Positions 39,260-49,712 are shown, counted from the first letter of the stretch. The stretch: DNA of 64,000 nt from an uncultured Gammaproteobacteria bacterium (GCA_964427735.1 CAYRUS010000001.1:226173-290172), one strand, 5' to 3'. The notes: generated from the letters alone by a model not told the origin. Program-made: numbers and translations.

Positions 39260-39913
39260 TTACTTACTTAAATTTAATGGCACATCTTGTTTCTCACCGT
39301 TAATTTCGCCAACTTTAAGTACAAATTCAGTGTCATCTTTATTTACAGAAAAACCTACTCTTGTATGTTTTGTGGAGATTGCCAATATCTGGACTGGGTC
39401 ATTGTGCATTTCTGGAGCTAATTGCTCATCTTCTCTACCTTCTGCAACAAGCCTTACAAAATCTTTTGTATTCATTTCAATTGCCTGATCTAACTCGTTG
39501 GTAATTTTTAAATTAATAACTAAGAATATTTTTCCTTCAGTCGCATATGCTTGTTGACCTTGTACTAGTACTGTGTCTCTAAGTTGTGCTTTTTCAAGTT
39601 CAAATTTCACACTCGATATTTCATTACCCTCTTCATCTTTTAAAGGGAAGCTAAATTCGCGGTTAATTTCTTGTTCTGCAATAATTCCTTTTATTGAAGT
39701 ATTTTTACCTGCAACCTCTGTATTTTTAGTATCATCACCATTAAAGTAGGAAATAAAACCAAAAACTACAATAAGAACACAAATCCCCAACAAAACATAA
39801 AAGTATTTTCTTTTTGATTTTTTATTTACTGGCATGTCATTCTCTGTTCTATATGATCTGTTTCTTCTTATATTACCAATGTTAAATAATTTTCTTCTTG
39901 AATTCATAAACAT
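39260..39913 (-). CDS. Single-pass membrane protein with extracellular Ig-like (DUF4352-like) domain
   Basis: Basic N-terminus, TM, and GKIFLVINLKITN motif. The start is uncertain (39913, 39907, or the later MPVNKK). Confidence 0.6.
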   Translation of the reverse strand: MFMNSRRKLFNIGNIRRNRSYRTENDMPVNKKSKRKYFYVLLGICVLIVVFGFISYFNGDDTKNTEVAGKNTSIKGIIAEQEINREFSFPLKDEEGNEISSVKFELEKAQLRDTVLVQGQQAYATEGKIFLVINLKITNELDQAIEMNTKDFVRLVAEGREDEQLAPEMHNDPVQILAISTKHTRVGFSVNKDDTEFVLKVGEINGEKQDVPLNLSK

Positions 39914-40074
39914 ATTTATAAGTGTATTTTTTATGGTCAACCCACTAAAGCCAGAGCTTATGATCCCCTCACCGACATATCCCAAATTTATTCTATTATG
40001 AAGTCCTGCGAACTTAGAGGCGGTTGATCTTGATACGTCTGCCATGTTCTAAATGGACAGATACTATACGGTGG

Positions 40075-40103
40075 ATAGTACATAAGGATAGGGGGATTGT
40101 CAA
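40075..40103 (-). promoter_or_regulatory. Sigma70-type promoter TTGACA-17-TACTAT
   Basis: Near-consensus -35 (40098-40103) and -10 (40075-40080). Confidence 0.65.
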
Positions 40104-40156
40104 GATGCCAAATTAGTATAAGAGTAGAAAATAAAATTTTTTTTAGTCTAATATCT

Positions 40157-40462
40157 TTAGTTGTATTCTATTTTTAATTGCTCATCTTCTCGAATATTCT
40201 TGTTGTTAACTTTAATTCCTAAACTCCATGCTAGTGCTTGAGCCACACTAGCACCAACTCTAATTCCTGTATATGAACCAGGTCCAGTATTTACTTCTAT
40301 TTCCGAAATATCACTTAAATCTTTACCACTTTTTTTTAATGATTCCTCAATAAAAGCAAGTAACTTTTGAGACTTATTTTCTCTTGCTTTCGTTTGGTAC
40401 TCCTGATCTCCTACTTTGATAATTATTTCCTCTGCATCAGTTGTGTCTATGTATAATTTCAT
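40157..40462 (-). CDS. tsaB: Short TsaB (t6A biosynthesis, N-terminal domain only)
   Basis: LYIDT and V..GPGSYTGIRVG motifs, adjacent to tsaE. Confidence 0.85.
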   Translation of the reverse strand: MKLYIDTTDAEEIIIKVGDQEYQTKARENKSQKLLAFIEESLKKSGKDLSDISEIEVNTGPGSYTGIRVGASVAQALAWSLGIKVNNKNIREDEQLKIEYN

Positions 40463-40929
40463 TTTTTATATCCTTCTACTTTTATAATTCTTTTGTGGTT
40501 ATTTATCTGGAAATTAACCTTAATTGTATTATCTGGAAGCAAATCATTAATTTTATCCGCCCACTCAATTAAGAATATATTTTTGGGATCTTCCCAGGCG
40601 TCCTTTATACCAAGTTCTGCAAATTCCTGATCTATATTGCTCTCTAATCTATATAAATCTATATGATAAAAATTCTCAAAAGGAACACTGCTTTCAGTTA
40701 CTTTGTAGGACCTTGTAATAATAAATGTTGGAGAAACAAGTCTACTTTTAATTCCAAAACGATCTGCAAATCCCTGTACAAAAGTTGTCTTCCCTGCTCC
40801 CAATCCTCCGATCAAAGCAACAACAGTTCCTTTTTCTAAATTCTTAGTTTCCTTTATTTTTATAATGTCAGTTGCAATTTTTTTGCCAGCCTCTTTAGTT
40901 TCTTCGGGGCTTTTGGTAACAATTTCCAT
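40459..40929 (-). CDS. tsaE: tRNA threonylcarbamoyladenosine biosynthesis ATPase
   Basis: GGLGAGKTTF, SPTF, HIDLYRL, IEWA. Confidence 0.95.
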   Translation of the reverse strand: MEIVTKSPEETKEAGKKIATDIIKIKETKNLEKGTVVALIGGLGAGKTTFVQGFADRFGIKSRLVSPTFIITRSYKVTESSVPFENFYHIDLYRLESNIDQEFAELGIKDAWEDPKNIFLIEWADKINDLLPDNTIKVNFQINNHKRIIKVEGYKK

Positions 40930-41294
40930 ATTAGATAAATAGATAAACTAGCTCCTATTGTATCAAATATCACATCATAAGCTCTTGGAGACCTTCCAGG
41001 TGTAAATGACTGATGTATCTCATCTGTTAATCCATAAATAAATGAAATTATAATTGCCAATTTAGCTGCTTCCTTTTTTGAGTAATTTGAGTTTAAAAAT
41101 GCCCGGTAGACAAGCAATGACAAAACACCATACACAAATATATGGGCTAACTTTTTGGCTATAAAATCCTTCCAAAAAAATTTTGAGGTTGAAACTGTTG
41201 GGTAAGATGAGAAAGTAAATATAATAGTTGCCCATATGACAACAGGTAACCACAAAAAAATAGTCTTTAAGATTTCATTTTTGTTTTTTGGCAC
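40860..41294 (-). CDS. VanZ family membrane protein
   Basis: KKLAH..VYG, DEIHQSFTPGR....DV..D..G. Confidence 0.9.
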   Translation of the reverse strand: MPKNKNEILKTIFLWLPVVIWATIIFTFSSYPTVSTSKFFWKDFIAKKLAHIFVYGVLSLLVYRAFLNSNYSKKEAAKLAIIISFIYGLTDEIHQSFTPGRSPRAYDVIFDTIGASLSIYLIWKLLPKAPKKLKRLAKKLQLTL

Positions 41295-41310
41295 ATTGCT
41301 ATTATAACTC

Positions 41311-42144
41311 CTAATCCTTATCTATTTCTTCTCTTTTTGATTTATAAAATATATACCCTGCTCCACTAGCAAAACTAATTCCTGCCCCGGAAAAAAGTAC
41401 TGCTGTAATTGGAAATTTTTCTTTATTATCTTCTGTCACTGTGATACTTCCTGACGGAGTTGACTCTGGAGGTTGTGTATTTTGAATACCTAAAACTATT
41501 TTTTTGTCAGTTTTAGTTTTTTTGTTTTCTTTGATATATGGAGAAGGATTAATGATAGAATTTTTATTACCCTCAAAATTTACTTCAGAAGATAATTCCG
41601 TTGGTTGCGGATTATCCAAATTAGGAAAGGGAGTTTTTGTTGGCTTTGGAATTTTTGAAGGAGGTGCAGAATTTGCATTTCCTTTTGTTGGGATAAGCAT
41701 TTGGGAAGCAAAGCTTTTTCCATCTGGTACTCTACCCCAACTCATATTATCTTTTGATTTCTCATAAGTATAACTATCTTCTGCCTCTGTGATTGTTTTA
41801 TCTTTTAGGGTTAGATAAATTGTTTCATCTGAATTATTAATAGAAAATTTTCCTGCAGCAGTAATTACCCTCCATTCGCCTTTGCCAATTTTTATATCAC
41901 CGTTAACTATGTTTTGTTCGATATTTATTTCATTTCCTGCTTTGTCTACCAATTTATACAAACTCAAATCGCTATTTTCACCATCATTGTATATTTCAAT
42001 CCATTCATTGTTTTTATCTTCACCGGAAGGATTAGGAAGAATTTCATTAATGTATAGTTTTGCTTGTATGGAAGAAACTGAAATTTTGAAAAAAATTACT
42101 TCAAGCAGTGTTAGTGCTAGAAAATAAGTAATTTTAGTCATCAA
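41311..42144 (-). CDS. Lamin-tail-domain surface protein with C-terminal TM anchor
   Basis: INEILPNP.G....EWIEIYN, SWGR.PDG, PT.G..N, and TM plus basic tail. Confidence 0.85.
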   Translation of the reverse strand: MMTKITYFLALTLLEVIFFKISVSSIQAKLYINEILPNPSGEDKNNEWIEIYNDGENSDLSLYKLVDKAGNEINIEQNIVNGDIKIGKGEWRVITAAGKFSINNSDETIYLTLKDKTITEAEDSYTYEKSKDNMSWGRVPDGKSFASQMLIPTKGNANSAPPSKIPKPTKTPFPNLDNPQPTELSSEVNFEGNKNSIINPSPYIKENKKTKTDKKIVLGIQNTQPPESTPSGSITVTEDNKEKFPITAVLFSGAGISFASGAGYIFYKSKREEIDKD

Positions 42145-43302
42145 TTAATAATTTACATGGAGATACAACGTATCAATATCCGAATCCTCATGATCTACAC
42201 GTACATACCTTAAAGCACATCCTCCATTGCCAGTATAACTTCCTCGATATAAATTACCGCTTCTAACAGCCCTTACTTCAGGAGAAGATAAACTATTAAT
42301 ATCTAATCCATCATGAAAGTGATACCATACAGTCCTACTGCTTATAGCAGATGTATTGGAACCATATCCTTGATTGAATTTTATTGGAGGGCTTATTGGC
42401 CAATCCCAGCTACCAGATGGATTAAATGAATCTCCTCCTGAATTGTTCTCATGGCTTACACCTGGCTTTAAATAATTTAATGGATTATCTGTAACTCCTC
42501 CGGGCTTTCTTACAGTAAAGTGCAAATGTGTGCCGTTTGAATTACAAGATCGACCTTGAATAATTGATGCAATTCTCTGACCAGCACTTACGGGACCCAC
42601 CTTTGTTTCCTCACCTTTTCCTGCAATAATTGCTTGAATAGCTTCATACTCTGCCTTTGTTTGAGCTAGTAAATTCTGATACATTTTTTCATCATTTTTC
42701 GTTACTCTAAGTAGCTCATCTTTTGCTGAACGTTGCGATCCTAAAACTTTGTTTTGTTCTTCTAGCTCTTTTTGCAGAACTTCCTGATCTGCCTTTTCCT
42801 CTATATAACTACCCTGAACTTCTTGGAGCCTTTGCATTAAATCTCTATCTGCTTCTTGCAGCCTTTGCAAATAATAATATCGGGAAATTGCATCAGAAAT
42901 ATTGTCTGCCGATAACATTATAAATAATGGTTCAGTAGAACGAGACATTTTATATGACTCAATAACACGTTCGTCAAAAGCTTTTTCTAGTGCACTCATA
43001 GAAACTTGAAGCCTATCTATTCGCCCACCGAGTGCTTGAATTTTTTCGTTAGTTTGTTCTATCTTTAGAAGAGTTAACCTGATCTGTGCATCAAATTGAT
43101 TTATTTGATTAGAGAGGGTGTTCGCTTCTGATTTAAGCTTTTGTATCTCGGCCTCATATTCTTTGATCTTATCATTTAATTCATTAAGCTTTTGTTCTTC
43201 AGATTGGGCATTAACCGGTTCATAAGCTCGAATGCTTCCAAAGACAAGAAGCAATACCAACATCAATCCTAGAGAGATAATTTTACCGTGGTTTTTTATC
43301 AT
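42145..43302 (-). CDS. Coiled-coil + M23-like peptidase (FtsEX partner; permuted motif order)
   Basis: Signal peptide, long coiled coil, HLHF upstream of HDGLD, terminal LYLHV. It lies downstream of ftsX. Confidence 0.75.
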   Translation of the reverse strand: MIKNHGKIISLGLMLVLLLVFGSIRAYEPVNAQSEEQKLNELNDKIKEYEAEIQKLKSEANTLSNQINQFDAQIRLTLLKIEQTNEKIQALGGRIDRLQVSMSALEKAFDERVIESYKMSRSTEPLFIMLSADNISDAISRYYYLQRLQEADRDLMQRLQEVQGSYIEEKADQEVLQKELEEQNKVLGSQRSAKDELLRVTKNDEKMYQNLLAQTKAEYEAIQAIIAGKGEETKVGPVSAGQRIASIIQGRSCNSNGTHLHFTVRKPGGVTDNPLNYLKPGVSHENNSGGDSFNPSGSWDWPISPPIKFNQGYGSNTSAISSRTVWYHFHDGLDINSLSSPEVRAVRSGNLYRGSYTGNGGCALRYVRVDHEDSDIDTLYLHVNY

Positions 43303-44219
43303 CGCAAAGCTCTTCTAGATCTAGAAACTGCAAAGCTGCTTCCGATAATTGCCAAAAAAGAACTTAGGATCAATTCTACTCCAAGAATTGCCAAGAAGAA
43401 TATAAAGAATTCATTTGTGTTTTGAGGCAAGACAGGCAATGAACTAAATAAATTAAGCACCGTAGGTGTAGCATACAACACAATAATAAAAGCAAACAAC
43501 CAACCAACAAACGCTCCGGCTATTGCATAAAAAAGTGCTTCTAGCAAAATAGGTTTATAAATAAAACCACTATTTGCACCAATCAAATCAAGAATTTCAA
43601 TCTCACTTTTTCTTATATGCATCCTCATGCTAATGATGATAAGCAACACAAAAAGTGAAGCTGTTATTTGAAAAGCAATGTAACTTCCACCCACTACTCT
43701 TGTGTAATAACTTATCTTTCTTAGCCTTTCGATTACAAGGGATAGCTGTTCTTCACTGCCTAAGTTGGCAGTAAACCCAACTTGATCAACTGTTTGATTA
43801 TTTCTTAATCCTTCCATTACTTCCTCTGCAAAATTCAAATCAACCAACGAAAACTCTATACTTGCAGGAAGTGTTTCCGGACTTACTAATTCAGACAAAA
43901 GTGGGTTGTAAGAAGTACCCTCTTTATATATTTCAAACGCTTCTTCTTTTGAGACATACCTGACTTCTTTTATCTTTGAATCTCTTTCCAGTTGACTTTG
44001 AAGCGTAGCAATGTCCTCTTGAGTAGCATCGTTTTTCAGAAAGGCAATAACCTGAGGACGGGTTTCATAATATTTAAGTGTAATATTGGATGAATACACA
44101 AGCACAGCATGAATAGTTGTTACAAAAAATGTGATTCCTAATACAAAAATAGCTGCAATAGCTTGGTAAGGAAACCTTCTTATATATCCGGCTGCTGTTT
44201 TAAAATGTATGTTTGACAT
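43299..44219 (-). CDS. ftsX: Cell division permease FtsX
   Basis: YVSKEEA, LPASIE, EIEI..LIGA...FI..P...E; 4 TM. Confidence 0.9.
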   Translation of the reverse strand: MSNIHFKTAAGYIRRFPYQAIAAIFVLGITFFVTTIHAVLVYSSNITLKYYETRPQVIAFLKNDATQEDIATLQSQLERDSKIKEVRYVSKEEAFEIYKEGTSYNPLLSELVSPETLPASIEFSLVDLNFAEEVMEGLRNNQTVDQVGFTANLGSEEQLSLVIERLRKISYYTRVVGGSYIAFQITASLFVLLIIISMRMHIRKSEIEILDLIGANSGFIYKPILLEALFYAIAGAFVGWLFAFIIVLYATPTVLNLFSSLPVLPQNTNEFFIFFLAILGVELILSSFLAIIGSSFAVSRSRRALR

Positions 44220-44911
44220 TATTCTTTACTTTTCTTGGACTTTTTTGATTTTGGCTTTTCTGGACTTTTTATATTTCCTTTATCTAAATAGATAACTCTT
44301 TTATTATATTTTTCCATTAATATTTTGTGGTGAGTTGCAACAATTATTGTTTTGCCTTCGTTATTTATACGATTAAATAGTTCCATAATCGCCTCTGAAG
44401 TATCCCAATCTAAATTTCCTGTTGGTTCATCAGCTAAAATAATTTTGGGATTCACTACCAAAGCTCTAGCTAATGAAACTCTTTGAAGCTCTCCTCCAGA
44501 AAGCTGAGAAGGAAACAAGTGTGATCTATCAATTAAACCTACTAACTCAAGAACTTTATCTACACGTTCATACCATTCTCGATGGTTAATGCCAATAACA
44601 GCCAAAGCTACCTCAATATTTTCCCGTACTGTCCTTTCAGGTAAAACTTTAAAATCTTGAAACACTACCCCAATTTCCCGTCTATGGCTTGGAATTTCTT
44701 TTTTCTTTAAGGATTCAATATTCCTGCCATCAAAAATAATTTCTCCTGTATCTGGAATCAAGTCGTGAAGAATTAATCTGAGAAGTGTGGTTTTACCAGA
44801 ACCAGAAGGGCCTGTCAAAAACACAAACTCTCCCTCATCTACATTAAATGAAATTTCTCGCAAAGCTTCTATCGTCCCAAAAGTCTTTTTAACGTTTTTT
44901 ACTTGTAACAT
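44219..44911 (-). CDS. ftsE: Cell division ATP-binding protein FtsE
   Basis: [38 protein letters not shown]; upstream of ftsX. Confidence 0.93.
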   Translation of the reverse strand: MLQVKNVKKTFGTIEALREISFNVDEGEFVFLTGPSGSGKTTLLRLILHDLIPDTGEIIFDGRNIESLKKKEIPSHRREIGVVFQDFKVLPERTVRENIEVALAVIGINHREWYERVDKVLELVGLIDRSHLFPSQLSGGELQRVSLARALVVNPKIILADEPTGNLDWDTSEAIMELFNRINNEGKTIIVATHHKILMEKYNKRVIYLDKGNIKSPEKPKSKKSKKSKE

Positions 44912-44995
44912 GGCAGATTTTTCAATCTAAAGAATAGCAAATGAAATCAAATAAGACCAGAAGATATTTAAATTGTTGTCATGCACACATCAATT

Positions 44996-45445
44996 TTATT
45001 TAATCTCCTTAATTCTACCTACATCCATTAACCAAGGTGCTTTTTGGGCTGCCAGCGTTGCACCCCATACTTGAACTTCTTTGCCCACATAGGCATCTAA
45101 GTTTATTACTGTGGAATTTAAATAAACGTATTGACTTTCATCGTCACCTCTAACCAAATGATGAGTACCTTCTCCTCCCATTCCACCTACTTCAAGCGTT
45201 CCTTCTGCGGTATCTTTAAACACACTATCATCCTCAATTCCAGCCTCTCCATTCACAATTCCACCTGGAGCAACCTCCGAAGGTCCAGTAGATCCTGTAC
45301 TGCCCGCAATTCTTCCAGAAAGCCACCAACCTGTACTGATTCCTGCCAATACAGTTAAAAGTGCAAAAAGAATAATTGGTTTTGTTCCTTTAGAACTTTT
45401 TTTATTACCGGAAAACGATCTTACTAAAGGTTTTGAATAAGCCAT
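44996..45445 (-). CDS. Conserved-looking single-pass membrane protein (OB-fold-like C-terminus)
   Basis: TM, then EGTHHL...VYL.S....L...VG..V.VWG. Promoter TTGTCA-17-TAAACT-6nt-ATG. Confidence 0.7.
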   Translation of the reverse strand: MAYSKPLVRSFSGNKKSSKGTKPIILFALLTVLAGISTGWWLSGRIAGSTGSTGPSEVAPGGIVNGEAGIEDDSVFKDTAEGTLEVGGMGGEGTHHLVRGDDESQYVYLNSTVINLDAYVGKEVQVWGATLAAQKAPWLMDVGRIKEIK

Positions 45446-45493
45446 GAGATAAGTTTACACCAGTGTTAATACCATGACAAGAATATTTGAATC

Positions 45494-46570
45494 TTAATTC
45501 AAAGTCAACTCAGCTTCAATAAATTCATTTATATTACCATCTAAAACCGCATCAGTATTAGAGGTTTCCACATCTGTTCTCAAATCTTTGACCATTTTGT
45601 AAGGATGCAAAACATATGACCTTATTTGTGTCCCCCATGAGGCAGGCTTGTAATCTCCCTTAAGTTTGTCTATTCGCTTTTCTGCCATTTCTTTTTCTAT
45701 TGCCCACAACTTAGCCCTGAGAAGGTTAAGGGCTGCCTTCCTGTTTTGTTCTTGCTGCCTTTGAGTTTGAGCCGTTACTACTATCCCTGTTGGATTGTGA
45801 ATAAGCCTTACTGCAGTTGATACCTTGTTTACGTTTTGACCACCATGTCCACCAGCTCTAAAAAACTGCCATTCTATTTCATCATCATTAATTACGATGT
45901 CTGACTCGTCTGAGTCTTCCAGTTCAGGATAAACCTCAACCATGGCAAATGAGGTTTGCCGTAGTTTATCTGCATTAAAGGGTGACTGTCTAACAAGTCT
46001 ATGTGTCCCTGCTTCTCCTTTTAAATATCCATACGCATATTTCCCTTCGACTCGCAAAGTAACACTTTTTATTCCAGCCTCATCCCCTTCGGACATATCA
46101 ACAACCTCTGTCTTCCAGCCTCTTTTTTCTGCAAATCTGATGTACATTCTATAAAGCATGCTTGCCCAATCCATAGCTTCTGTTCCACCTTGCCCTGCAT
46201 GAATAGAAACAATTGCATTATTTGCGTCATACTGACCGGACAAAAAGGACTCAAGCTCAAATTCCTTTAATTTTTTTTCAGCACTTGCTATATCACTTTC
46301 AAGATCTTCTGTAACATCACCTGAATCAGCAAGCTCTTTTAGGGTGGTAATTGTCTCTTTTAATTCTTCTACTTCGTTTAGCTCACTTCTAATATCTCCT
46401 ATTTCCTGCATTACTCCACGAGCCTTGTCTTGATCCTCCCAAAAATCAGGATCTGTAGATTCTGCCTCTAATCTATGAAGTTTATCTTTTTTGCTCTCAA
46501 TATCCAATGAATCATTAATACCCGTAAACCTATTATATAGATCATCAATCCTTTGTTTTAATTCGTACAT
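45494..46570 (-). CDS. prfB: Peptide chain release factor 2 (no programmed frameshift)
   Basis: SPF tripeptide, GGQ, WG.QIRSYV. The reading frame is continuous. The start is placed at ATG 46570, 6 nt after TATACT. Confidence 0.96.
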   Translation of the reverse strand: MYELKQRIDDLYNRFTGINDSLDIESKKDKLHRLEAESTDPDFWEDQDKARGVMQEIGDIRSELNEVEELKETITTLKELADSGDVTEDLESDIASAEKKLKEFELESFLSGQYDANNAIVSIHAGQGGTEAMDWASMLYRMYIRFAEKRGWKTEVVDMSEGDEAGIKSVTLRVEGKYAYGYLKGEAGTHRLVRQSPFNADKLRQTSFAMVEVYPELEDSDESDIVINDDEIEWQFFRAGGHGGQNVNKVSTAVRLIHNPTGIVVTAQTQRQQEQNRKAALNLLRAKLWAIEKEMAEKRIDKLKGDYKPASWGTQIRSYVLHPYKMVKDLRTDVETSNTDAVLDGNINEFIEAELTLN

Positions 46571-46624
46571 GAGGAAAGTATACAATAAATACCATAATTT
46601 TAGCTTATATCCTGGCTATTAATT

Positions 46625-47122
46625 TCAGGGTGCACAAAAATTATTAAATACTTCTTCTTTTTGGTCTGCAGGAAGCTCGTGAATAAGCTGCAAAACTTGT
46701 GTGGATGATTTTGCTTCACTTGCTTCAGAGGAGGGAACGGTAGAAACTGAAGCTCCTAAAACATCAACCAATCTAACCCTTCCTGCATCCAAAACAGTTG
46801 AAATTGGTTTTGGAGCATTTTCCCAACCAATTAATTCTGTAAATAATGTTCTCCCTCCCAATAAAAGCAGCGCCTCCAACACAATAGCTAATACAAACCC
46901 TAACATTACAAGACCGCTAGCTCCTCTTAAAGACTCACTAACATGTTTTTTCCTAAGACGTGCTACAACAAGTACAACCATAAAAATCATAAGAATGACT
47001 AAAATTACCTGGATATAATTTGGTGTAATTTCTATTCCATTTGGCAACTTAAAAGTCCACACTGGAGATAATGCTTTTTGAGCAGGATCAGAGGTCAACA
47101 CTTTTTCAGCAGTATCATTCAT
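46625..47122 (-). CDS. Hypothetical 2-TM membrane protein
   Basis: Two hydrophobic segments and W.NAPKP...LD.G...L..VLG. Confidence 0.7.
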   Translation of the reverse strand: MNDTAEKVLTSDPAQKALSPVWTFKLPNGIEITPNYIQVILVILMIFMVVLVVARLRKKHVSESLRGASGLVMLGFVLAIVLEALLLLGGRTLFTELIGWENAPKPISTVLDAGRVRLVDVLGASVSTVPSSEASEAKSSTQVLQLIHELPADQKEEVFNNFCAP

Positions 47123-47175
47123 TTATACATTGATTGTAGCATTATTACTAGCAATGTTGATAAATATTGGAGTAT

Positions 47176-47775
47176 TTATTCTTCAGGAGTCGCTGTAGGG
47201 GTAGGACTAGTAGTTCTGCTTGTTGGTGCAGGAGTATTTGTTGATGATGGTTGAGCAGTTTGACCAGTTCGTAACCCTGTTATAATTCTCACATCAAAGT
47301 CATCGGGGGCATCTTCAGTTACTTCTACTTCATTATATAAGCTTTCCAGTTTAGCTACTAATTCTTCTCTAGCATCGCTTTGAGCGAATTCACTGGACAT
47401 AAAAAGTTGAGTTGTTTCTTGATCTTGTTCATCAGCATTCCCTACTTCTATGTCTGTGTATCCTAATTCTTCGAGTTCCTTTTGTAAAAATCCAGCTTCA
47501 CCCGCAATTCCACTTCCATTTAGAACCTCAATAGTGACATCTTCTTTATTTATAGAAATAACTTCTGGAGTAGAAGTAGGAGCGGGCGTTTCCATAGAAA
47601 TTGACGGAGTTGGGCTAGATTCGGCAGATCCTTCAGGAGACTGAAGCAAATAATATGCACCACCTGCTAAAGCAAGTAGCAATACTAGAACAACAACAAT
47701 AATTAGAACTTTTTTGCCCTTATTACTATTATTTGGTTGAGTTCCTACTGGGGGTTGATTTGCTTGATTTTCCAT
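47176..47775 (-). CDS. LytR C-terminal domain protein
   Basis: TM, PT-rich linker, IEVLNGSGIAGEA, VGNAD, D.RIITG. Confidence 0.85.
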   Translation of the reverse strand: MENQANQPPVGTQPNNSNKGKKVLIIVVVLVLLLALAGGAYYLLQSPEGSAESSPTPSISMETPAPTSTPEVISINKEDVTIEVLNGSGIAGEAGFLQKELEELGYTDIEVGNADEQDQETTQLFMSSEFAQSDAREELVAKLESLYNEVEVTEDAPDDFDVRIITGLRTGQTAQPSSTNTPAPTSRTTSPTPTATPEE

Positions 47776-47851
47776 ACCTGTTATTTTGCCGCAGTATAAA
47801 ACTATTAAATTTACTTGTCAAACTCAACTGTTATTAAAAATATCTATGTAA

Positions 47852-48346
47852 TTACTGAATCTCTAGTAATTCTATCTCAAAATTTAGTGTGGCATTTGGT
47901 GGTATCACTCCACCAACCCCTGAAGGTCCGTAAGCTAACTCAGGAGGTATAGTGAGTACTCTTTTCCCTCCAACTTTCATTCCTAATAAACCTTGCTCCC
48001 AACCTTGAATTACTCTACCTTCTCCAACTGTAAACACAAAAGGCTCTCCTCTCTCGTAGGAACTATCAAAAACAGTATCATCTTCAAGAGTACCTTTGTA
48101 GTGAACAACAACCGTGTCTCCTGTTTCAACTTTATCTCCTTCTCCTATTTCCAGGTCTTCTATTTTTAATTCGTTATCTTGTTCTTGATTGTTTTGATTT
48201 TGCATTTGTTCATCCTCAACAGTTATCTCAATTGGTGTATCTGTTGCAGGTGGTGATTGTACATTATTATCTCTTGTTATGAGAAATGCAATAAGAACTA
48301 TAAAGGCTACCGCTAAAATCGTTAGTGTTTTAAAGTCTTTTATCAT
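47852..48346 (-). CDS. FKBP-type peptidyl-prolyl isomerase
   Basis: VHYKGTL, FDSS, VIQGWEQG, IPPELAYG, IPPNATL.FEIEL. Confidence 0.96.
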   Translation of the reverse strand: MIKDFKTLTILAVAFIVLIAFLITRDNNVQSPPATDTPIEITVEDEQMQNQNNQEQDNELKIEDLEIGEGDKVETGDTVVVHYKGTLEDDTVFDSSYERGEPFVFTVGEGRVIQGWEQGLLGMKVGGKRVLTIPPELAYGPSGVGGVIPPNATLNFEIELLEIQ

Positions 48347-48484
48347 TATTAACTAATAGATTATCATAAATTTTTGACAGATTGAATTAGCATTAAATAG
48401 TGCTATTATTGATTAAAGGCTAACACCTTCAAACTGCTCACACATTGGCGATTGTTAATGGTCTGACTAGTAAAGTAAGGTACT

Positions 48485-49654
48485 ATGAAGCAGCTTGAAA
48501 AAATATATAATTCCACTCTTAAATTCCTTGTCCCTAAATCTCCGGATGAAACCTACATGATTGTAACTAAAGAGGCTGTAAAACTAGTAGGTGCAAAAGA
48601 TGGATCAATTTTTTTACCCAAATTAGGAAACTCTAATGAAGTCGAGAGAATTTACACAACAAATAAAGATTTATACAAAATTAAGGTTAGAAAAGATGGT
48701 GTTACAAACACAGCCTACAAATCAGGTGTTCCCAAAATGCTACAAGTTCAAGAATTAACTAATAACCATCCACAACTAAAAAAATTAGGTTACAGCTCAG
48801 ATATAACAATACCTCTTACCTACTCGCATATTACAATTGGAGTACTATCAGTCTTAAGTGGAAAAAATAAGAATTTTACAGAAGAAGAGTTAGACATACT
48901 TAGATACTTTACTCCTCTTGCCACTTTAGCCATAAGAAATTCTCATTTAACAAATGAACTTCAAAACGCAATCAATCTAAGAGATTTATTTATATCAATG
49001 GCGGCACATGAGTTTAAGAATCCTTTAAGTGTGATTTCTCTTGCAACACAAGTTATAGACAAAAGAATGGAAAAAGGAGAAGCCCCTAGAGAAAACGATA
49101 TTGTAATGCTTAGAGATAACGTTGAAAAACTTACTGCAATGATCGACGAACTAATGAATGTTTCTCATATAAAACAAGGCAAATTAAGATATGATATGGA
49201 AAAAATTAACTTAGTAGATCTCCTAAAAGATACTGTAAATGAATTCAGAAAAACCAACACTCAACATAAGATTTCTCTGAAAAAACAGATTTCTAACAAA
49301 TCATATGTAATGGCAGATAAAAACAAGTTATTTCAAGCAATTATAAATATCTTAAATAATGCAGCTAAATTTTCACCAGAAGGTTCAGCTGTAAAATGCG
49401 AGGTTGTAGAGAAAGATGGTAATTTCTATGTCAGAATAAAAGATCAAGGAGAAGGTATTCCAGAAAAAGAATTGCCTCGTATTTTTGAGCATTTTTACAG
49501 AGGAGAATCTGTGAGAAAAACTAAGTCTGGTATGGGGATTGGACTTTTCTTGGTAAAAAGCATTATCGATCATCATCAAGGAGAAATCTCCATTAAATCA
49601 AAAGTGAATAAAGGAACTACAGTAACGATTGTTTTGCCACAGTACACTTCATAA
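48485..49654 (+). CDS. GAF-domain sensor histidine kinase (orphan, cytoplasmic)
   Basis: GAF-like N-terminus, AHEFKNPL, NNAAKFS, DQGEGI, GMGIGL. No response regulator is adjacent. Confidence 0.92.
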   Translation: MKQLEKIYNSTLKFLVPKSPDETYMIVTKEAVKLVGAKDGSIFLPKLGNSNEVERIYTTNKDLYKIKVRKDGVTNTAYKSGVPKMLQVQELTNNHPQLKKLGYSSDITIPLTYSHITIGVLSVLSGKNKNFTEEELDILRYFTPLATLAIRNSHLTNELQNAINLRDLFISMAAHEFKNPLSVISLATQVIDKRMEKGEAPRENDIVMLRDNVEKLTAMIDELMNVSHIKQGKLRYDMEKINLVDLLKDTVNEFRKTNTQHKISLKKQISNKSYVMADKNKLFQAIINILNNAAKFSPEGSAVKCEVVEKDGNFYVRIKDQGEGIPEKELPRIFEHFYRGESVRKTKSGMGIGLFLVKSIIDHHQGEISIKSKVNKGTTVTIVLPQYTS

Positions 49655-49712
49655 TTTGCAATCTTGGCTTTATTTAATTAAAAAATAAGCTAACATATTT
49701 ATTAATACATTA

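Noticed and set aside
40860-40929. 70-bp overlap of the VanZ gene with tsaE as a recoding signal
   Set aside because: No slippery sequence is present. It is most simply a lost stop codon extending the VanZ tail in a compact genome.
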